Origin: Actinomycetota bacterium
GTDB taxonomy: Bacteria; Actinomycetota; UBA4738; HRBIN12
Direction: 5' to 3'
DNA length: 54,849 nucleotides
NCBI GenBank assembly: GCA_035718185.1
Contig: DASTHN010000054.1
Location: 1 to 54,849, forward strand
Shown here: positions 1 through 7,510 of the stretch, in pieces
Layout of the letters: every line of letters begins with the position of its first letter
Numbering within the stretch: the stretch's first letter is position 1
Made by a program: the position numbers and the translations under genes
Notes under the pieces: generated by a model
The model's database searches: none
The model's input: the letters and a program-made list of their open reading frames with translations, nothing else
Told to the model about the DNA's origin: nothing

Positions 1-399
1 CAGCACGGCGCCGAGCGCGAAGTTCGGGGCGACGATGACGTTCGACTCGCCGCCCTCGGCCTCGATCAGCCCCTCGACCTGGAGCAGGTCGTCGGGGGTG
101 AGCCCGGTGGTCCCGACCACGAGATGCACCGCGTGGGTCACGCACCACCGGACGTTGTCCATCACGACCTCGGGGTGGGTGAAGTCGACGGCCACCTCGG
201 CCTCCGCCTCGAGGAGCCGGTCGAGCTCGTCCGTCACCGGGACGTCGAGCTTCGGGTGGCCGATCAGCCCGCCGATCGACTGGCCGACGCGGGACCGGTC
301 GATGGCCGCGACGAGCGACAGATCGTCCGCCTCGGCGACCGAGCGGGAGACCAGCTGGCCCACCCTGCCGCACGCTCCCACGACCCCGACACGGATCAC
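1..399 (-). CDS. dapB: 4-hydroxy-tetrahydrodipicolinate reductase, 5' part (runs off the window)
   Basis: Not in the ORF track; translated by hand from GTG at 399: MIRVGVVGACGRVGQ (Rossmann GxxGxxG), VDFTHP, VVGTTG, APNFALG. GTGA overlap with the upstream peptidase stop; usual pnp-M16-dapB order. Confidence 0.93.
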   Translation of the reverse strand, partial: MIRVGVVGACGRVGQLVSRSVAEADDLSLVAAIDRSRVGQSIGGLIGHPKLDVPVTDELDRLLEAEAEVAVDFTHPEVVMDNVRWCVTHAVHLVVGTTGLTPDDLLQVEGLIEAEGGESNVIVAPNFALGAVL

Positions 400-1655
400 G
401 AGATCTCACCCCTGCGGAACGGCCCGAGCACCGTCAGCGACATCGGTTGCGACAGTACGCGCTCGGCGACCCGGTGCGCATCCTCCAGCGTCACGGCGTC
501 GATCCGGCGCAGCATCTGGCTGAGCGTGAGGATCTCGCCGTGCCCGATCTCCGACTTACCGAGCCGCGACATCCTCCCGCCGGGGTCCTCCTGCGAGAGC
601 ACGAGCGCCCCCTTCACGTGCCCCCTCGCGCGGTCGAACTCCGCGCCGGTGAGTCCGCCCCGGGCGAGATCGGCGATCTGGCGACGGATGATGTCGACGA
701 CCTCCTGCGCCCGGACGGGCGTGGTGCCGGCGTACGCGCAGAACAAGCCGGCGTCCGCGTACATCGAGTGGTAGCTGTAGACCGAGTACGCGAGCCCCCG
801 CTGCTCACGCACCTCCTGGAACAGGCGGGAGGACATCCCGCCGCCGAGGGCGTTGTTGAGGACGCCGAACGCGAATCGATCTGGATCGTGGCGCGAGATC
901 CCGCTGGTCCCGATGCAGATGTGCGCCTGCTCGGTCTTCCGCCGCTTCACGCGTGTCCGGCCCGACGGGTCCGGCGGGGTGCCCACCTCGCGGAGGTTCC
1001 AGCCGCCCGGCCCCTCCGAGCGCACCGGCCCGGTCGCCATCAGCGAGCGGAGGCGTCCGACCAGGTCGTCGTGGTCGACGTTGCCGGCGGCGACCACGAC
1101 GACGTTGCCCGGGACGTAGTGCGCGCGGTAGAAGCGCCGGACCTGATCGCGCTTGGCGGCTCGGATGCTCTCCGGCGTCCCGAGGATCGGTCGTCCGAGC
1201 GGATGCCCCGGCCACAGCGTCTCGGTGAACAGGTCGTGCACCAGATCGTCCGGGGTGTCCTCGTGGACGTTGATCTCTTCGAGGATCACCTGCCGCTCTC
1301 CGTCGAAGTCCGTCGTCCGGATCACCGAGTGCTGGAGCATGTCGGTGAGGTGCTCGAGCGCCATCGGCAGGTCGCGGTCGAGCACGCGCGCGTAGTAGGC
1401 GGTGTACTCCTTCGCGGTGAAGGCGTTCACCTCACCCCCGACGGCGTCGAACGCCTCGGCGATGTCTCGCGCGCTCCTCGTCTTCGTCCCCTTGAACAGC
1501 AGGTGCTCGAGGAAGTGGCTCGACCCGCTGATCGGGGGCGGCTCGTCACGCGAGCCCGCGAGCACCCACAGCCCGAGCGTCACCGAGCGGACCGAGGGCA
1601 TCCGCTCGGTGACGACGCGCAGGCCGGAGACGAACTCCGTTCGACGGATCGCCAT
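396..1655 (-). CDS. M16 family (insulinase/pitrilysin-like) zinc peptidase
   Basis: Inverted zinc motif HFLEH (HxxEH), LFKGT, GGEVNAFT, GHPLGRPILG, LGGGMSSRLFQEVRE. Start reassigned to the ATG of MAIRRTEF. Confidence 0.93.
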   Translation of the reverse strand: MAIRRTEFVSGLRVVTERMPSVRSVTLGLWVLAGSRDEPPPISGSSHFLEHLLFKGTKTRSARDIAEAFDAVGGEVNAFTAKEYTAYYARVLDRDLPMALEHLTDMLQHSVIRTTDFDGERQVILEEINVHEDTPDDLVHDLFTETLWPGHPLGRPILGTPESIRAAKRDQVRRFYRAHYVPGNVVVVAAGNVDHDDLVGRLRSLMATGPVRSEGPGGWNLREVGTPPDPSGRTRVKRRKTEQAHICIGTSGISRHDPDRFAFGVLNNALGGGMSSRLFQEVREQRGLAYSVYSYHSMYADAGLFCAYAGTTPVRAQEVVDIIRRQIADLARGGLTGAEFDRARGHVKGALVLSQEDPGGRMSRLGKSEIGHGEILTLSQMLRRIDAVTLEDAHRVAERVLSQPMSLTVLGPFRRGEIS

Positions 1656-1663
1656 CGGGCGTG

Positions 1664-3946
1664 CTAGGCGTCCCGGCGCGGCTCGTGCTCGCGGTCGCGA
1701 CGGGGCCGACGCGGTCGCCGGTCGCGGTCGCCCCCGTCGCGCGGACGGCGCTCGCGGGGGGCCTGCTCGACCTCCATGCCCTCGGGGATCGCCCACTCCT
1801 CGCCGATCGGCTTCAGGCTGATCTTGCCCATCGCGTCGATGTCCTGGATCTCGACCTCGAGCGTGTCGCCTTCCTTGAGGCCCGACTCCTCGACGCTGGA
1901 CAGACGCTTGCCACGGCCGAGCTTCGAGATGTGGACCAGCCCGTCGCGTCCCGGAACCAGGTTGACGAACGCGCCGAAGGTCGCGATCTTCACGACCTTG
2001 CCGCCGAAGGTCTCCCCGACCGAGAGCGGCCTCGGGTTCGCGATCTCGTCGATCATCCGGGCGGCCTCGTCTGCCCCCGCGCCCTCGCGCGAGCCGATGA
2101 ACACCGTGCCGTCGTCCTGGATGTCGATGTCGGCGCCGGTGACGGCGATGATCTCGTTGATCCGCTTGCCCTTGGGCCCGATCACCTCGCCGATCTTGTC
2201 GACGGGGATCTGGATCGTGAGGATCCGCGGCGCCTTCGGGTTGACCTCGGACCTCGGAGCGGGGATGGCTCCGAGCATCACGTCGAGGATCTTCAGGCGA
2301 GCCTCCTTCGCCTGCTGGAGGGCCCCTGCGAGGACCTCGCCCGGCAGGCCCGTCACCTTCATGTCGAGCTGGATCGCGGTGACGAACTCGCGGGTGCCGG
2401 CGACCTTGAAGTCCATGTCGCCGAGCGCGTCCTCCGCGCCGAGGATATCGGTCAGCGTGATGAACGTGCCGTCGTCGGCGATCATGCCCATCGCGATACC
2501 TGCCACGGGCGACTTGATCGGCACGCCGGCGTCCATGAGGGACAGCGTCGAGGCGCACACGCTGGCCATCGAGGTCGACCCGTTGCTCCCGAGCACGTCG
2601 GAGACGAGGCGCAGCGCGTACGGGAACTCCTCCTCCGGCGGGACGATCGGCACGAGCGCCCGCTCCGCCAGCGCGCCGTGACCGATCTCACGGCGACGGG
2701 GGCTGCCGATGCGGCCGACCTCGCCCGTCGAGAACGGCGGGAAGTTGTAGTGGTGGATGTAGCGCTTCGTGTCCTCGGGGTCGAGCGTGTCGATCATCTG
2801 CGTCATCCGCAGCATCCCGAGCGTCGTCACGTTGAGGACCTGGGTGTCGCCGCGCTGGAACAGGCTGCTGCCGTGCGCGCGGGGCACCAGGCCGACCTCG
2901 GCCGACAGCTGCCGGATGTCGCGGGGGCCGCGGCCGTCCAGGCGCACGCCCTCGTCGATCACGCGCTTGCGCATCACCTTCTTCTGCAGGTCCTTCCACG
3001 CGGGCGAGATCTCCGACGCGCGCTCTGCGAACGTCTCCTCGCCCCACGTCTGGAGCAGGTGGGCCTTCAGCTCGTCCTTGATGGCGTCGAGCTTCGCCTC
3101 CCGCTCGGCCTTGTCCGTCGTGATCGCGCCCTCTAGGCGCGGCCTCGCGAACGCCGACACGGCCTCGATCGTCTCGTCCGAGTAGAGCGGCCGCGGCGTC
3201 CACTCCTTCTCCCCGACGCCCAACTGCGCGACGAACTCGCGCTGGAAGTCGATCATCTCCGCGATCGCGCGCTTCGCGGCCTCGAGCCCCTCGGCGACGA
3301 CCTCCTCGGTCGGCGCGACCGCGCCCTCGGCGGCCTGGAGGAGTTGCCAGGTGTTGTCGGGCGCCTCGCCCTCGATCATGAGGATGTCGATCCCGCCGCC
3401 GTCGTTGCGGCGGCCGGCGACCACGATGTCGAACGTGGCGTCCTCGACCTCCTGGAACGTGGGGTTCACCACCCACTCGCCGCCGATGAGCCCCATCCGG
3501 ACCGACCCCACTGGGCCCTCGAACGGCAGACCCGCGATGCAGGTCGCGAGGCTGGCGGCGTTCATGCCGGGGATGTCGTACGGGTTCGCCATGTCGGCCG
3601 ACAGGACCGTGAGGACGACCTGCACCTCGTCCCGGTACCCGTCCTTGAAGCTGGGGCGCATGGGACGGTCGGTGAGCCGGGCCGTGAGGATCGCCGTCTC
3701 GGACGGTCGTCCCTCGCGGCGGAAGAAGCCGCCGGGGATCTTCCCAGCCGCGTACATCCGCTCCTCGACGTCGATCGTGAGCGGGAAGAAATCGATGCCC
3801 TCGCGGGGCGCGGCGGTGGTGCAGGTGCCGAGCACCTGCGTCTCGCCATAGGTGACGACGACGGATCCCTCCGCCTGGCGGGCGAGCTTGCCGGAGTCGA
3901 ACACCATGGTCTGGTTCCCGATCTTGCGGGAAAGCGTGGTGGCCAT
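1664..3946 (-). CDS. pnp: Polyribonucleotide nucleotidyltransferase (PNPase)
   Basis: FFPLTIDVEE, FFRREGRP, RLDGR, RRREIGHG, SNGSTSMAS, GDMDFKVAG, KH (IGPKG) and S1 domains. AGGAGG SD before MATTLSRK. Confidence 0.98.
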   Translation of the reverse strand: MATTLSRKIGNQTMVFDSGKLARQAEGSVVVTYGETQVLGTCTTAAPREGIDFFPLTIDVEERMYAAGKIPGGFFRREGRPSETAILTARLTDRPMRPSFKDGYRDEVQVVLTVLSADMANPYDIPGMNAASLATCIAGLPFEGPVGSVRMGLIGGEWVVNPTFQEVEDATFDIVVAGRRNDGGGIDILMIEGEAPDNTWQLLQAAEGAVAPTEEVVAEGLEAAKRAIAEMIDFQREFVAQLGVGEKEWTPRPLYSDETIEAVSAFARPRLEGAITTDKAEREAKLDAIKDELKAHLLQTWGEETFAERASEISPAWKDLQKKVMRKRVIDEGVRLDGRGPRDIRQLSAEVGLVPRAHGSSLFQRGDTQVLNVTTLGMLRMTQMIDTLDPEDTKRYIHHYNFPPFSTGEVGRIGSPRRREIGHGALAERALVPIVPPEEEFPYALRLVSDVLGSNGSTSMASVCASTLSLMDAGVPIKSPVAGIAMGMIADDGTFITLTDILGAEDALGDMDFKVAGTREFVTAIQLDMKVTGLPGEVLAGALQQAKEARLKILDVMLGAIPAPRSEVNPKAPRILTIQIPVDKIGEVIGPKGKRINEIIAVTGADIDIQDDGTVFIGSREGAGADEAARMIDEIANPRPLSVGETFGGKVVKIATFGAFVNLVPGRDGLVHISKLGRGKRLSSVEESGLKEGDTLEVEIQDIDAMGKISLKPIGEEWAIPEGMEVEQAPRERRPRDGGDRDRRPRRPRRDREHEPRRDA

Positions 3947-3972
3947 CGGCCTGGTTCCTCCTTGCGTGCCGT

Positions 3973-3994
3973 GCGCGGCGAGGTTTCGCCGCGC
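3973..3994 (-). promoter_or_regulatory. Perfect 9-bp stem-loop in the pnp 5' leader
   Basis: GCGCGGCGA-ggtt-TCGCCGCGC, just upstream of the pnp SD. Confidence 0.5.
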
Positions 3995-4012
3995 GGGTGA
4001 GGAGGTGGGACC

Positions 4013-4077
4013 CGGCCGGTTGTCAGTGGTGAACCGCCGATGCGTTCGCTCGGAGGCTCGCGACTGAGAACCGACCG
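4013..4077 (-). promoter_or_regulatory. Long hairpin in the rpsO-pnp intergenic region, candidate RNase III processing site
   Basis: On the mRNA CGGUCGGUUCUCAGU pairs with ACUGACAACCGGCCG (14/15 including one GU). RNase III cleavage of an rpsO-pnp intergenic hairpin is established in E. coli and Streptomyces. Confidence 0.65.
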
Positions 4078-4134
4078 CGGGCTGCCCCACCCCCTGGTTC
4101 GGTCAGTGGGTCGTTCGCATCCCTCCTACGGGGA

Positions 4135-4154
4135 AGGCGCCCCGAGAGGCGCCT
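4135..4154 (-). terminator. GC hairpin after rpsO (possible terminator without a U-tract)
   Basis: AGGCGCC-ccgaga-GGCGCCT, 9 nt past the rpsO stop. Confidence 0.45.
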
Positions 4155-4163
4155 CCACGGTCG

Positions 4164-4433
4164 CTATCGCCGCAGACCGAGGCGCGCGACCAGCTCTCGG
4201 TAGCGGTTGATGTCCTCGCGCTTCAGATACTCGAGCATCCGGCGGCGCCGACCGACCAGCATCAGCAGCCCACGGCGGGACGCGTGGTCCTTCTTGTGGG
4301 ACTTCAGGTGCTCGGTCAGGTCGGAGATGCGCTTGCTGAGCACGGCGATCTGGACCTCGGCAGAGCCGGTGTCCGCGTCGCTCCGCCGGTGCCCGGCGAT
4401 GATCGTCGCCTTCTGTTCGGTGGTGAGTGCCAT
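4164..4433 (-). CDS. rpsO: 30S ribosomal protein S15
   Basis: [32 protein letters not shown]; 89 aa. Confidence 0.99.
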   Translation of the reverse strand: MALTTEQKATIIAGHRRSDADTGSAEVQIAVLSKRISDLTEHLKSHKKDHASRRGLLMLVGRRRRMLEYLKREDINRYRELVARLGLRR

Positions 4434-4489
4434 ACGCAGTGGCCAAGGCTACCAGCCGGGGTACCGGGTCGTCCGGGTCGACGGCGTCC

Positions 4490-5563
4490 CTAGCGGAGCA
4501 CGGGGTGGCCGTCGGAGACGATGAAGGCGGGCAGCAGCCGTCCCTCGACGGTCCCGTCCGGACGGACGACCGCCTCCGCGACGGCCGTCGTCGAGCCCTC
4601 GGCCGAGAGGCTCGGCCACACGAAGTTGCCCAGGCCGTAGAAGATGGGCCTGCCCTCGTAGACCTCCATCGGCTGGAGCCGATGGGCGTGGTGGCCGAAG
4701 ATGACGTCCGCCCCCGCGTCGATCATGCGATGCGCCTCCAGGACCTGGTACTCGCGGGGCCGGGTGTCGAGCTCGACGCCCCAGTGGATCGCCACGACGA
4801 CCAGATCCGCGTTCGCGTCGGCCTCACGGATCGCGCGGAGCGCCCGCCGGAAGTCGTGACCCACGGCCGTGCCGATCTCGTCGCCCACGGCGACCTGGTG
4901 GTCCGGGTCGATGACCTCGCCGACGCCGACGAGTCCGATGCGCCAGCCCTTGACCTCGACGTACCGGGGCGCGTCCGCCTCCTCCTGGCTCGCGCCGGCG
5001 CCGATCGACACGATGCCCGCCCGCTTGAGGTTCCTGATCGAGTCCAGCAGCCCCTGGGGCCCCTGGTCGAACCCGTGGTTGTTCGCCAGGTTCGCGACCT
5101 CGACGCCGGCGTCGCGCGCCTCGTCGAGCGCCTCAGGGTCGCACCGGAAGCTGAACGTCTTCGGGATCGGATCGACGATGTCGGTCGACGGGCACTCGTG
5201 GTTGATCACCGTGAGGTCGTCCCTGCGGAACAGGCCGTCGAGTCCGCTCCAGGCCCAGCCGTAGCCGTTCGTGCGGAACGCCGGGATGTAGCTGGGGTCA
5301 AGGCTCACGTCTCCGGTGCCGTGGATCACGATCGTCTGCTTGGGGTCCGGCGAGGGCGACGGGCTCGGCGACGGGGCGACGCTCGGGCTGGTGCTGACGC
5401 TCGGGCCCGGCGAAACGCTCCGAGCCGCCCCGAGGGCGCGGGCGGGCGGGCCGTGGTCGCCCGCGCTCCAGGCGAACGCGACCGCTCCCGCCGCCACGGC
5501 GACCAGGAGGACGACGACCGCGCCGAACGGGACCTTCGATCGGCGAGCGTGATGAGCGGTCAT
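4490..5563 (-). CDS. CapA/PGA_cap family metallophosphoesterase-fold protein, N-terminal TM anchor and Ser/Pro linker
   Basis: GDVSL, INHE, LANNHGFDQG, IHWGVE, GADVIFGHHAHRLQP, YGLGNFVW. Start at MTAHHARR, followed by a hydrophobic helix. Confidence 0.85.
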   Translation of the reverse strand: MTAHHARRSKVPFGAVVVLLVAVAAGAVAFAWSAGDHGPPARALGAARSVSPGPSVSTSPSVAPSPSPSPSPDPKQTIVIHGTGDVSLDPSYIPAFRTNGYGWAWSGLDGLFRRDDLTVINHECPSTDIVDPIPKTFSFRCDPEALDEARDAGVEVANLANNHGFDQGPQGLLDSIRNLKRAGIVSIGAGASQEEADAPRYVEVKGWRIGLVGVGEVIDPDHQVAVGDEIGTAVGHDFRRALRAIREADANADLVVVAIHWGVELDTRPREYQVLEAHRMIDAGADVIFGHHAHRLQPMEVYEGRPIFYGLGNFVWPSLSAEGSTTAVAEAVVRPDGTVEGRLLPAFIVSDGHPVLR

Positions 5564-5576
5564 CGCCGGCAGTGTC

Positions 5577-6506
5577 TCACGGGGCCGGGACCAGCTCGCG
5601 GGTCCTGCGCACGTCGTCCTCGATCGCGCGCGAGAGCTCCTCGGCCGTCCCGAAGCGGACCTCGTCGCGCAGACGCGCCCAGAACTCGACCGACATCGGC
5701 GACCCCTCGAGGTCGCCCTCGAAGTCCAGCAGGTAGGACTCCACGTGCAGGGGCTCGACGCCGAAGGTCGGGTTCGTGCCGACGCTGACCGCGGCCACCC
5801 ACTCACCGGGCCCCACCCGGGCCCGCCCCGCGTAGATGCCGCTGCCGGGTAGGAGCAGCCGTGGGTGGGTCCGCAGGTTCGCCGTCGGCCATCCGAGGCC
5901 GGTGCCTCGCCCCGCCCCCGGGACGACCGTCCCGTCGAGCGCGAAGCGCCGGCCGAGCGCGCGCTCGGGCCATGCGAGGTCGCCCTCGACGAGGGCCGAG
6001 CGGATCGAGGACGACGACACCCGCCGATCGCCGATATGCACGAGCTCGACCCGCTCCGCGGAGAAGCCATGCGCGGGGCCGATCTCCATCAGCATCTCGG
6101 GCGTGCCGAGGGCCTTGAACCCGAACGTGAAGTCCGCACCGACGACGGCGTGTCGCACGCGCAGGCCATCGACGAGCACGCGGGTGACGAACGCCTCGGC
6201 GGGCCAGCGCGAGAAGGCCTCGGTGAACTCGAGGACGACCACGGTATCGATGCCGGTCGCCGCGATCAGTTCCGCCTTGCGCTCGACGGTGGTGAGCAGG
6301 CGGGGCTCGTGACCGGGCGTCAGGATCTCGCGCGGATGCCGGTCGAACGTGACCGCCACCGAGCGAACGCCGAGCGCGGAGGCCTCGGCGACCGCGCGGC
6401 GCAAGACGGCCTGATGCCCGAGGTGCACGCCGTCGAAGAAGCCGACCGTGACCACGGTCGCACCGTCGGGCGGCGGCAGCGCCTGCAGACCGCGCACGGG
6501 CTCCAT
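5577..6506 (-). CDS. ribF: Bifunctional riboflavin kinase / FAD synthetase
   Basis: GFFDGVHLGHQ, TFDRHP, VGADFTFG, VSSSSIR, GWPTANL, VGTNPTF, VESYLLDF. Confidence 0.97.
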   Translation of the reverse strand: MEPVRGLQALPPPDGATVVTVGFFDGVHLGHQAVLRRAVAEASALGVRSVAVTFDRHPREILTPGHEPRLLTTVERKAELIAATGIDTVVVLEFTEAFSRWPAEAFVTRVLVDGLRVRHAVVGADFTFGFKALGTPEMLMEIGPAHGFSAERVELVHIGDRRVSSSSIRSALVEGDLAWPERALGRRFALDGTVVPGAGRGTGLGWPTANLRTHPRLLLPGSGIYAGRARVGPGEWVAAVSVGTNPTFGVEPLHVESYLLDFEGDLEGSPMSVEFWARLRDEVRFGTAEELSRAIEDDVRRTRELVPAP

Positions 6507-6565
6507 GGCCAGGCAGGGTATCGCCGGAACGGGCGCGCCGACGGCCGGCGGGCGATGATACCGGC

Positions 6566-7486
6566 ATGCTCCGGGTCCGACGTTCGCTCATCGCCCTCGC
6601 GACCGCCGCGCTCGTCGCGGCCGCCTGCGCCCCCGAGGTCGACCCGATCACCACGGTCCTCGACGACGACGCGATCACGATCGGGTCCTTCAACTTCCCG
6701 GAGAGCGTCCTGCTGGGGCAGATCTACGCGCTCGCGCTCGAGCGGGAGGGCTACCAGGTGATCCGCGAGCTCGACCTCGGCCCTCGCGAGTTCGTGGCGC
6801 CCGCCGTGCTCCGCGGCCTCGTCGAGCTGGTCCCGGAGTACAGCGGGAGCGCCCTCGAGTTCCTCGAGCTGACCGCCTCGCCCGACCCCCAGGCGACCCA
6901 CACGGCGCTCGTCGAGGCGTTGGCGGATCACGGGCTGACCGCGCTCGCGCCGGCGCCCGCCGAGGACCGGAACGCGTTCGCCGTCACCGCGGAGACGGCG
7001 AACGAGCTCGGCATCCGCACGCTGAGCGAACTCGTGCCCTACTCGGCCGACCTCACCTTCGGGGGCCCGCCGGAGTGCCTGAGCCGCCCGCTCTGCCTCC
7101 TGGGGCTGGAGCGCGCCTACGGGATGCAGATCGGCAGCTTCGTACCGCTGGACGAGGGCGGCCCGCTCACCGTCGCAGCGCTCCGGACGGGCGAGGTCGA
7201 TGTGGCGCTCCTGTTCTCGAGCGCGGGGGCGATCGAGACGAACGGCTTCGTGCTCCTCGAGGACGACGGCCAGCTCCAGCCCGCCGAGAACGTGACGCCG
7301 GTGATCCAGCGGGAGGTGCTCGAGCGGTTCGGCGACGGCGTCGCAGAGGCCCTCGACGCCGTCTCGGCCCAGCTGACCACCCAGGACCTCCGGCGGATGA
7401 ACGCGGCGGTCGCGGGCGGGGCCTCCCCGCGGTCCGTGGCTGCGCGGTGGCTCCTCGAGCACCCATCGGCGCAACCGCCCGGGTAG
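6566..7486 (+). CDS. OpuAC/OsmX-family ABC substrate-binding lipoprotein (orphan in this window)
   Basis: Lipobox LVAAAC; IGSFNFPESVLLGQIY, PEYSGS, LEDD...PAENVTP. No permease or ATPase gene adjacent. Confidence 0.85.
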   Translation: MLRVRRSLIALATAALVAAACAPEVDPITTVLDDDAITIGSFNFPESVLLGQIYALALEREGYQVIRELDLGPREFVAPAVLRGLVELVPEYSGSALEFLELTASPDPQATHTALVEALADHGLTALAPAPAEDRNAFAVTAETANELGIRTLSELVPYSADLTFGGPPECLSRPLCLLGLERAYGMQIGSFVPLDEGGPLTVAALRTGEVDVALLFSSAGAIETNGFVLLEDDGQLQPAENVTPVIQREVLERFGDGVAEALDAVSAQLTTQDLRRMNAAVAGGASPRSVAARWLLEHPSAQPPG

Positions 7487-7510
7487 AGTCGGCCCTCGGA
7501 GGAGATCGCG

